Shown in pieces: positions 9,845 through 17,786 of a stretch of 64,000 nt of DNA; within the stretch, counting starts at the first letter, position 1; every line of letters begins with the position of its first letter. The DNA comes from Alphaproteobacteria bacterium (GTDB lineage Bacteria; Pseudomonadota; Alphaproteobacteria; MPNO01; UBA830): contig OZ251539.1 of assembly GCA_965243135.1 (NCBI GenBank), positions 3,328,001 to 3,392,000 on the forward strand, in the 5' to 3' direction. Below the pieces are notes generated by a model that was given only the letters and a program-made list of their open reading frames with translations, had not been told where the DNA came from and searched no databases. The position numbers were made by a program, and so were the translations under genes.

Positions 9845-10726
9845 TTATGGATCAGTATCGAGAATGGAATCGATAATCTTCTCCGTCATTTGGCGCACCT
9901 CCACAAAATCAAGAACACCGAGTTCTCGGGAACCTCCGACGAAACACAGTGCATGACAGACGTCTTGGACTAGTCTTGACGGTGGTGGCTTTTCGTCCGG
10001 TGATTGCGGAAGCAGACGCATCAAACCCACGGCTGCTGCGTCTTGGACAAGGCTAGTTCCGAAAACCGGACTTCTCGAAACCATTACCGAAACGAATTCT
10101 ACCCAGTGATTCTTCGATTGCCGGAGCAATTCGCCAATTTGGGCTTTGGGTAGACCGGACCTTTGTTCGGCGCTGCGGAGCACCCGCTCCCGCCACCATG
10201 CTCGCGCAAACGGGCAGTCGGCGAGAACGCTTCTATTGCCCCTCTGCGGTAAACCACCCAGTTGCCGAATGACCGAGCGGACACATTTGTCCATTTGTAT
10301 CTCCGCATTAGTCCCGGTTTTCCTCATCAACACCCGGTCGATGCGTTCCGCTCCTGTCTGGGATGAAATGCCGTTGCTCGCGAGATAGGTTGGCTCTATG
10401 CGGCCGGACCGTACATGTTCCATGGTAGCGTTCGTCCAGAACGACGTGCTTGACGCAACCTTTGGTGGAAGATTCTTCCACAATTCGTACATCTTGACCT
10501 CGGTAGAGCACGGTGGACTCTTGAATTGCGCTTCGCTGAGCCGAACTGGGTAAAGCTCCATGGCGGTATCGCCTACCACAGGTATCCGGTCGATTTCGGC
10601 GATGAAGCCATCGCCGTCCTTCAGCGCCCTCAGGAATTTTTCCTGCTCGGCACCGCCCTTAACGCTCAGGATGTCTTCGCGGAAGGATGACCACTCCGCG
10701 TCGTCCAACCGCTTCCAGTCAGTCAT
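9845..10726 (-). CDS. Uncharacterised protein A, copy 1 (possibly DUF6339-like)
   Basis: 293 aa, last gene of the overlapping operon. The LPP.VAS..SFW....EH and RGNRS...ARAWW segments recall DUF6339 (from memory; needs an HMM check). Confidence 0.8.
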   Translation of the reverse strand: MTDWKRLDDAEWSSFREDILSVKGGAEQEKFLRALKDGDGFIAEIDRIPVVGDTAMELYPVRLSEAQFKSPPCSTEVKMYELWKNLPPKVASSTSFWTNATMEHVRSGRIEPTYLASNGISSQTGAERIDRVLMRKTGTNAEIQMDKCVRSVIRQLGGLPQRGNRSVLADCPFARAWWRERVLRSAEQRSGLPKAQIGELLRQSKNHWVEFVSVMVSRSPVFGTSLVQDAAAVGLMRLLPQSPDEKPPPSRLVQDVCHALCFVGGSRELGVLDFVEVRQMTEKIIDSILDTDP

Positions 10727-11588
10727 CTTCTTCTATAGCGATCGCAGGCAAAACATGAGGGTGGAGCAGAGTTGCAGCTCTTTCGGGATTGAACTCCTCT
10801 CCGGCACTCCAGTCGCAGCAGCCCTCGGCGGCAAGAATGGACGCGAGCGTTTCGAGTTCCTTGTACGCACGCCAGCCATCATCTCCGTCGTCTACTGGAT
10901 ATTTCCGTTGAAGTGCGGCGAAACAGGATGTCACGACGTGCGTCATTATATCGGCGCGGCGTGCCCGATGCTCGCCCCGCCCCTGAAGCAAGCTGTGAAG
11001 ATCGGGGTGACAGCGCACATCGAAGCGGAACGTGGGGTCGCCGTCGATGGCTTTCGTGTAAAACTGGCCGACGACAAGCGTGTCGTCGGCACGGATATAA
11101 ATCAGACTTTGAATGCCGGAGGCACCGAGCCGTAGCACGGGTCCCAGTGCTAGCCAGGCACCTTTCGGAAACGTCGCCTCGATACGATCCCAATCTGGAT
11201 GAACATCATCCTCTTCGGACTTTAGGATATGATGTACATCTTCTATGCAAACGATCATCGGAGTGAAATACGGCGGATCGCCAAAATTCGCTCGATCCCA
11301 CGCAACCTCCTGGGTCGCATTGTCGGAGCGTAGTACTTCTCGATAAGCGGAACGGGGGGCGGCGAGCGCACAGGCATAGACGGCTTTCTTTCCCAAGATC
11401 AGATTTTCTACCAAACGCGCCCGTTCTACCTTGTGACGCAATTTGAATCGCGAGGTGTCGGAGCCAGCGTGTTCAGTTTCGATCAGATAGTCTCCATCCG
11501 GGAAAGAATCGTTGCCCTCCTCGATTACCGGATAATCGCGAGCAACAATGGCATTCGCCGGAACACCGCCCTTGGCTCGTATTATCAT
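10719..11588 (-). CDS. Uncharacterised protein B, copy 1
   Basis: 289 aa; ATGA overlap with the ATPase stop; paralogue at 5254-6120. Confidence 0.8.
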   Translation of the reverse strand: MIIRAKGGVPANAIVARDYPVIEEGNDSFPDGDYLIETEHAGSDTSRFKLRHKVERARLVENLILGKKAVYACALAAPRSAYREVLRSDNATQEVAWDRANFGDPPYFTPMIVCIEDVHHILKSEEDDVHPDWDRIEATFPKGAWLALGPVLRLGASGIQSLIYIRADDTLVVGQFYTKAIDGDPTFRFDVRCHPDLHSLLQGRGEHRARRADIMTHVVTSCFAALQRKYPVDDGDDGWRAYKELETLASILAAEGCCDWSAGEEFNPERAATLLHPHVLPAIAIEEDD

Positions 11589-13534
11589 TCCGACTGTTCT
11601 CCGCCTTCGGCATTCAGCCGATATGCGCCGATCTCAATGCGCAGACTGGCATCCGGCAGAACCGGGACGGCGTCGCCATCAAGAGCGTATTCCACCATGA
11701 CCTCGGTCGTCGTTCCTTTCTCAAGACGTCCGAGTCGAATGGCGGGGTATGGTGTGATTACGACCCTTTCCGGCGGAACCGGTACGCCGCTGATTTTGGC
11801 GCTCCTTATGCCGGCCAGTCTGTCGGGCCAAATTCGATCGGTCGTGACATCTGTCCGATCATCTACGATCAGCCGGAGCTCCAGGTCATCGCAGGTCTCG
11901 GTGCAGCGAATCTTGATTCGTTTGCTATCCTGGCCAGCAGGCGTGACGACCGCTGTGAAGTTCGAAGGCAACGCTGGCCTTCGTGCGGATTGATCGCGTT
12001 GGCCGTTCTTGCCGGATCCGCCGCTTGCCTCGCCGTTGCCGCCGGAACGTCCAGCGCCGGGATTGGTGCCGACAGAGCGTTGCATGGAAATGCGCCGATG
12101 TATGGGGGTAACGATTCCGCGATAGTCCCAGCCGTATCTCGGGCCAGAGGGGTTTTCGGTGCTGTCGGTAAAAGCCAAGAAATCGGAGGGATTGTAAGGC
12201 TCGTCGGAAAATATCGGTATTTCGTTCCGAAAAAATTCGATGACGTCATCGAATGCCTTGTTGAGCTGCTTTCGATCTTCGGGCGTCAGGTGTTTGGGTT
12301 CGAGCCCGTTGTGCGACGGTCCCTCGGCCTTCCTTATCAGGTCGTGAAACTCGGGAGCCGTCTCCGCGGCGACCAGAATCAACGCCTCGAAGGCTTCATG
12401 ATTCGAAAGGGTGGCATGAAGGCGTGGAATGCCGCCACGGTCGCTTGTAACCCACATGCCGTTTCGGAAAAGGTTGACACGCATTGTTCCCGAACTGGCG
12501 GGATGCTGAACGACGATTTTCACTGTTCCGTCCAGTACGTCCACATCGCGGCAGGTGCCGCGCACAAGAGCGTTGTATGAAAAATACGCTTTCTCGCCGG
12601 AAATATAGCCTCCACGGACTCGTTTGCGTTGCTTGCAGCGGCCGAGCGCTTCGTCCAGACTCCCGCGGTTGAGGGTCCATGACGTATCGCCGTCGTCCAC
12701 GATGACTTCGAGCCGTTCTTCCTCGACCGCAGGAAAGAAGCTGCAGACGGCCGCTTCCGATACGGCGTCCTTCAAGCAAATCTTTTCCTTGAACCGGTTG
12801 AATGCGGGTACGATGACGGCCGTTCCATGCTCGTAACTGCATTCGATTTCGGACAGAGCTTTTCTAATCAATGGCGGCAATTCATCCTTATCAAGATAAA
12901 GGTGTTCCCGACCATCGTTCCCGGCCAGATAGTATCCGTTAGCGCTGCGTCCAATTTTATCTCTTTGATCCTCATCGTGAGACGCCAAAATCGCATGCCC
13001 GCTTCCAATCCACTGCTTATTGCATATCCCGCCGTACAGGACGTATCTGAGATCGGAAAGCGGCAGGACCGACAAATGACCGACGCCGAACGCGCCGACG
13101 GCATGCTTTCCTTTATTTGCGGCGCCGTCCGCAAGAAGAGCGTTCATCCGTTCCTCGTCGAGACCGACGCCATTGTCGGTGACGACCAGTACATCCTGTA
13201 GATCTCGCTCGAGGGCCTTGCTGATCGCGTCGACAACCATCTTTTCCTGGTCGCTGAGGCCCGTTTTGGCCTCCCGTCTCTTTTTGGCCTTCTTGAAGGC
13301 GGATCTATAGCTGCTGATCCCGGGTATAGCTTTGGTCTTCACCTGCGTCGTTGAAAATCGAACGACGGCTTTGGAGACTTGAGCCTCTTGGGCGGCGTCG
13401 AGCGAATTCTGGATCAGTTCCCTTACGATTACATTGGCGCCTGTATCCCGGAAGCTGGAGATACCCGCAGCGACAAATCCAACCGCTTCGGCTGAAGTCA
13501 GAAACGTCAACCTCGGGTGCGGATACTTGTTCAT
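11585..13534 (-). CDS. GHKL (Hsp90/MutL/MORC-fold) ATPase
   Basis: Bergerat-fold boxes: N RELIQNSLDAA, G1 DNGVG, G2 GAFGVG, G3 HGTAV. A Gly-rich linker precedes the C-terminal domain. Confidence 0.85.
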   Translation of the reverse strand: MNKYPHPRLTFLTSAEAVGFVAAGISSFRDTGANVIVRELIQNSLDAAQEAQVSKAVVRFSTTQVKTKAIPGISSYRSAFKKAKKRREAKTGLSDQEKMVVDAISKALERDLQDVLVVTDNGVGLDEERMNALLADGAANKGKHAVGAFGVGHLSVLPLSDLRYVLYGGICNKQWIGSGHAILASHDEDQRDKIGRSANGYYLAGNDGREHLYLDKDELPPLIRKALSEIECSYEHGTAVIVPAFNRFKEKICLKDAVSEAAVCSFFPAVEEERLEVIVDDGDTSWTLNRGSLDEALGRCKQRKRVRGGYISGEKAYFSYNALVRGTCRDVDVLDGTVKIVVQHPASSGTMRVNLFRNGMWVTSDRGGIPRLHATLSNHEAFEALILVAAETAPEFHDLIRKAEGPSHNGLEPKHLTPEDRKQLNKAFDDVIEFFRNEIPIFSDEPYNPSDFLAFTDSTENPSGPRYGWDYRGIVTPIHRRISMQRSVGTNPGAGRSGGNGEASGGSGKNGQRDQSARRPALPSNFTAVVTPAGQDSKRIKIRCTETCDDLELRLIVDDRTDVTTDRIWPDRLAGIRSAKISGVPVPPERVVITPYPAIRLGRLEKGTTTEVMVEYALDGDAVPVLPDASLRIEIGAYRLNAEGGEQSE

Positions 13535-14673
13535 ACGCCCTCTCCAAGTCTCCGAAACGCTTTTGCCGCTGCCGAGACGTCATCCTCGGTCGTGAAACGC
13601 CCCAAACTGATGCGCACCCCTTGCAGAGCTTCAGTCGGAGAATATCCAAGGGCGGAAAGCACATGAGAAGGAGAGGCGCCTTGGGAGGAACAGGCCGAAC
13701 CGGTCGATACCGCCACGCTTTCCCGCAGCCGTTCCGCCACGGCGTCGCCCGACAGGTCGGGGAACGAGACGTTGAGATTTCCCGGAACGCGCAACCGTTC
13801 GTGACCGTTGAGGCGAATCCCCGGCACGGCTTCGGATAACGAACACCAGAGGATTCCGGTCAGTTCCCGAATCCTCGCCGAATTGGTCTCCATCTCTTCG
13901 ACCGCGATTTCGCAGGCCTTTCCGAAGCCCATGGCGAGATGCACCGGGACCGTGCCGGAACGAAGGCCCCGTTCCTGTCCGCCGCCGGCGACCATCGGCG
14001 CAAGCCGTTCGAACGCCTCCTCCCGAACGTAGAGCGCGCCGATTCCCATCGGGCCGTACATCTTGTGGGACGACAGCGACAACAGGTCCACGCCGAGCGC
14101 GTCAACATCGACCGCCATGCGGCCTGCCGCCTGCGTGGCGTCCGTGTGCATCAACGCGCCGTTGTCATGGGCTATCGCGGCGACTTCGGAAACCGGCTGA
14201 ACGACTCCGATCTCGTTGTTGACCAGCATGACGGAAACCACTGCCGTCCGGCCGGACACCGCCCGCCGCAGTTCGGCGAGATCCACGATGCCGTCGGGGC
14301 CGACCCCGACGATGCGAGTTCGACCGCCCCCGTCGGCAATGGCGCGAACGGATTCCAGGACGGCCGGGTGTTCGGTCGCCAGCGTAACGATTTCGTCCCG
14401 GTCCCCGCCGGGTCCGACCGCGCCCCTTACCGCAATATTGCAGGACTCCGTCGCGCCGGAGGTCAGAATCACTTCGTCGTCGCCTGCGCCGAGAAGGGAC
14501 GCGATCTTCGCGCGGGCGGACGTCACCGCCCTCGCGGCGGACCAACCGTACGCATGATGGACGGAGTGAGGATTCCCGAACCGCTCGCCCAGATACGGCG
14601 CCATCTCTTCCCGAACGCGGGAATCGAGCGGAGTCGTCGCCTGATAGTCCATGTATACCGGAGCGGACGTCAT
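13531..14673 (-). CDS. Cysteine desulfurase, group I (IscS/DndA/SspA-like)
   Basis: YMDYQATTP, GNPHS, TSGATES, EHPAV, NNEIG, HTDATQ, SSHK (PLP lysine), GGGQERGLRSGT, STGSACSS (catalytic Cys). No isc/suf genes nearby. Confidence 0.93.
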   Translation of the reverse strand: MTSAPVYMDYQATTPLDSRVREEMAPYLGERFGNPHSVHHAYGWSAARAVTSARAKIASLLGAGDDEVILTSGATESCNIAVRGAVGPGGDRDEIVTLATEHPAVLESVRAIADGGGRTRIVGVGPDGIVDLAELRRAVSGRTAVVSVMLVNNEIGVVQPVSEVAAIAHDNGALMHTDATQAAGRMAVDVDALGVDLLSLSSHKMYGPMGIGALYVREEAFERLAPMVAGGGQERGLRSGTVPVHLAMGFGKACEIAVEEMETNSARIRELTGILWCSLSEAVPGIRLNGHERLRVPGNLNVSFPDLSGDAVAERLRESVAVSTGSACSSQGASPSHVLSALGYSPTEALQGVRISLGRFTTEDDVSAAAKAFRRLGEGV

Positions 14674-16085
14674 CAGTCCGTGCAGTCGCACGGCAACGTC
14701 GCCGCAGCCTCCCTGAACGCTTTGGCTCCCCGTTCGGCAATTCTCCGATAGGTCAGGCCCTTGCTGTCCCGACCGAAAAATCCGACGAAGCCCTCGGCGC
14801 CGCGGCCTTCCGCGTCGAGATCGCGCGTGTACTCCTTCTCGATGCGCGCCCACCAGTCGATGTCCATCGGCGTGTCGCGCTCGTCTTCCCGCTCGCCGGA
14901 CATGCGATCCTCGCAAATGCTCTTGTAGATGCCCGCGAGGTTCGACGTCCCCTTGAGAAAGCAGTACACGCAGTTGGAGAGGTGCCCGGACGCCGGAAGC
15001 CGGAGTTCCATGCCGGGATTGAGCTCCCAGAACGCGTTGACGTCGGCCCTCTCCACGCGCATGTCCGACAGCGGCATGTAGACGTGTTCGCCCTCGTATC
15101 CCTGCGCTTCCGGACCGCCCGCCCTTCTCGCCTCGACGCGCTGCACCCTGTTCTGTTCGTCGTACCTCAGCCCGATGAACGCGACGTATTCGACGCCGCC
15201 GGATCCGAATGCGGCGTTTCCGCCGTACGCATTCCCGGAAAGCGAGGGGTTGTCCGCCTTCAGAGGAGCGGCCGAGTAATCCTCGTAGCGCTGCTCCGGC
15301 CGGTGCACTGGACGAGACAGAACGAACGCCTTCTTTCGCAGAAAGATATCCTTCGGAACCTTGCCCCTGTTTCGCCTGTGGCGCCGGTACAGGGCTTCGC
15401 CTTCCACCTGCGGCATCTCCTCCCAGTGGCCCAGATGCGGGATTCCTTCCTTGCAGGCCAGCCAATCGCGAAGAAACATGCGGGTGACTTCAAGCTTGAG
15501 CGCCTTCGTGCATATCCTGCGAAACTGATTGGGGACGTAGCCGGACCACGACAGCAGTTCCTCGAAAGGTTCGCCACGGCAGCTGTATCCGTTCGGATTT
15601 GCCCCGGACCGCGGTTCGGCATTGACCAGACGGTAGGAGCCGAGGCGCGTCCATTCCCCGTTCCGCGCGTCTTCGTAGGTCTGGTACTCGACCAAAAAGA
15701 ACGGGATGCCATAGCGCGACTCGGCCAGACGCTTGCACTTGGCGACGAACTCGTAGGTCGCGGGATGCTCGGCGGCGGTATTGTTGAAAAGGACGACGTC
15801 GCCCCGGCGCGCATCCAGAATGCCGTTCTCCAAAAGGGTGAACAGGAGCATTCCGCTTGACCGCCCGCCGGAGAACTTCACGACATGCGGGAGGTCCCGA
15901 TGCTGCTTGCTACGATATCGGAAGCTCAGCCCGCACGGGGGGGGGGGGGGGGGGGAATTCCGAGAAACCAGAAGCTTCGGCGCGCCGACCACGGCTTCCG
16001 GCAGGTCGTCGACAACGGGCAGCGATGTTTCCGGACGGATCCCGCCCCGCGTCGCACGGTCGCGAAGATGCAGGTTCAGCGTCAT
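14673..16085 (-). CDS. PAPS-reductase-like / PP-loop adenine nucleotide alpha-hydrolase
   Basis: KFSGGRSS PP-loop, FNNTAAEHPATYEF, RICTKALK, IGLRYDE, NCVYCFLK, C-terminal PCDCTD. Its stop overlaps the desulfurase start (TGATG). Confidence 0.85.
   Translation of the reverse strand: MTLNLHLRDRATRGGIRPETSLPVVDDLPEAVVGAPKLLVSRNSPPPPPPCGLSFRYRSKQHRDLPHVVKFSGGRSSGMLLFTLLENGILDARRGDVVLFNNTAAEHPATYEFVAKCKRLAESRYGIPFFLVEYQTYEDARNGEWTRLGSYRLVNAEPRSGANPNGYSCRGEPFEELLSWSGYVPNQFRRICTKALKLEVTRMFLRDWLACKEGIPHLGHWEEMPQVEGEALYRRHRRNRGKVPKDIFLRKKAFVLSRPVHRPEQRYEDYSAAPLKADNPSLSGNAYGGNAAFGSGGVEYVAFIGLRYDEQNRVQRVEARRAGGPEAQGYEGEHVYMPLSDMRVERADVNAFWELNPGMELRLPASGHLSNCVYCFLKGTSNLAGIYKSICEDRMSGEREDERDTPMDIDWWARIEKEYTRDLDAEGRGAEGFVGFFGRDSKGLTYRRIAERGAKAFREAAATLPCDCTD
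15937..15955. repeat. G19 homopolymer (C19 on the coding strand) inside the 5' part of the PAPS-reductase-like gene
   Basis: 19 consecutive G, encoding SPPPPPP in frame. Confidence 0.85.
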
Positions 16086-16120
16086 GGTGCCATATTAGCC
16101 GCCATCGATCCGTTTGTCAA
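16086..16120 (-). promoter_or_regulatory. Consensus sigma70 promoter, probably giving a leaderless mRNA
   Basis: Minus strand reads TTGACA (16120-16115), N17, TAATAT (16097-16092), N6, ATG (16085). No SD sequence. Confidence 0.7.
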
Positions 16121-16338
16121 TAGGGCGCGCGAGAAATAACGTCGCGAGCCGCCATTGGGCGAAAGCGTTCTCGCGCAACGGCGGCGGAAAGGTGCGTCCC
16201 GACGGCCGCTGACAGAGTTTCGGGCCGGCGTCCGGGCGCTCGCCAAACCTGTCGATTCCACCGCCCTTCGAAACCGGGCAGAGCCGCTGCCTCTCATCTC
16301 AACCGCGCTACGCTCCGTCAACCGGCTCGACACGCCGT

Positions 16339-17247
16339 CTACATGACTCGTCCCGACAGGTCGATTTCGGGAGGCCGGAACACATGCTTCGCATGCCACG
16401 CGACGAACTTCGGCTTCGGGGCGGCCTCCGCCGTTGCGGGCATCAGTATTCTTCCGCCGTCCAGCGGACTAAGCCGTCGGACGGCGTCGCCCTGGTCGCC
16501 CACCGTCCTCGACACCATCACGCTGAAACCCTCCGCCTCTGGCCTCAGACCGAACGCGCCACGGTCGAACGCGGCATGATGCAGGACGCAAAGCGCCAAC
16601 CCGTTCGAGACGAAGTCGGGGCCCTTCTGCACGCGCCATTGAATATGCGCGGCGTCGAGGCCGATGGTTTCGTCGCGCATGCGAAGCCCGTAGCCGCAGA
16701 CCGCGCAGCGATGCCCGTAGGCTTCGAGAACCTCTCCGCGAAAATCGTCGTTCGCCGGCTTGTCGAGAAGGCTATCGACGGAAACGAGGGTCGCTCTCAG
16801 AATGTCCTCGTGTAGCGACGGCGGAAAGTGCCTGTCGAGAAGCAGCCTCGCCGCCTGCCATGCGAGGCCGGGCTTCATCTGCAACAGCTGGAATATGTGC
16901 TTCGGGAAACCGCCTCGCACGCCTCGTTCAATCAGCGCGTTCCGATTGAGAGTTCCCCAGCTTCCGGCAGGAAGTCCTTTGCCATCCGGTATTTCCCAGA
17001 GTTCGTCCTTGCGCAGGAAGCCGAACGGAGCTTCGGGATATTGTGTCTCGGCAGGCCGACCGAAACGATCAAGCAAACCGGCAAGCGGGCCTTGTAGTTC
17101 CTTGAACGTCGCAAGACGAGGGTATCCCGCAAGGACCCGTCCGAAAGCCAGCAACAGCAGCAGAGGCTTGTGGGGCGCACGATAACCGTTCGTGACCCGA
17201 ACCTTGATCCCTTCGACCTGCTTGAGAAAATGTTCGTCGTCGTTCAT
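16339..17247 (-). CDS. SBD-HNH endonuclease (phosphorothioate-DNA-binding type IV restriction enzyme family, ScoMcrA/SprMcrA-like)
   Basis: N-terminal RAPHKPLLLL...PEAPFGFLRKDELWE; C-terminal FRGEVLEAYGHRCAVCG...DAAHI...GPD..SNGLALCVLHH.AFDRG. Confidence 0.82.
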   Translation of the reverse strand: MNDDEHFLKQVEGIKVRVTNGYRAPHKPLLLLLAFGRVLAGYPRLATFKELQGPLAGLLDRFGRPAETQYPEAPFGFLRKDELWEIPDGKGLPAGSWGTLNRNALIERGVRGGFPKHIFQLLQMKPGLAWQAARLLLDRHFPPSLHEDILRATLVSVDSLLDKPANDDFRGEVLEAYGHRCAVCGYGLRMRDETIGLDAAHIQWRVQKGPDFVSNGLALCVLHHAAFDRGAFGLRPEAEGFSVMVSRTVGDQGDAVRRLSPLDGGRILMPATAEAAPKPKFVAWHAKHVFRPPEIDLSGRVM

Positions 17248-17786
17248 GAGCGGAAACGAACTCCTGCAAACGAACTCCTGCGCACCGGAATCCGTTGCAG
17301 CATACAGGTCATTGCGGGCTTCCGGTATAGGCACCCGGCGTGCGGCCGACCGGATTTTGGAACGAGCGAAAAATAACCCCGCCGAATAACCCGCGACGAT
17401 ATCCGCAACCGCTTCGTCCGGTTGGAGCGGCGGACGACCTCCCCGGAACCCCGCAGCATGAGGCGCCGCGACTTCTCCCGGGCCGGCCAAGCGCAAGAGC
17501 AGGGAACCCTCCGCCGACGGCGTGGTTCGGCGGTTGCGAGAGCGGTTGCCGGACTTCGGCGAGCGCTTCGGTTACGACAACAAGCCGTGGATAGCCACTC
17601 GACGGGGGAGACCGGCAAAACTCTCGACGAAGGCGAAGCCATGGTTCGGGCTGCAAGCGGATCCAGGAATTCCGGCGTGCTTCGGCGTGACCCGCGCCTC
17701 CCCTCGGCGGCGCGTCCCGTCGAGCCGCCGGCGCGCAAGGCGGCGCCTGCCGAAATGTTCGAACGGGACGTCGACGGCTCCCGGCT

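Noticed and set aside
14674-15465. N-terminal extension making the desulfurase a 644-aa fusion (likewise the extended ORFs at 1233-3272, 5254-6795, 36218-38206, 38145-40373)
   Set aside because: The extensions overlap upstream genes in another frame; the real starts coincide with stop/start overlaps or RBS sites.
13531-16085. Canonical dnd/ssp operon, or housekeeping isc/cysH genes
   Set aside because: No dndB/D/E, sspB/C, iscU/R/A or cysD/N/I/J partners; the neighbours are a GHKL ATPase and nucleases.
17400-17780. Possible small gene or fragment between the SBD-HNH and AAA-nuclease genes
   Set aside because: No convincing start, RBS or motif.
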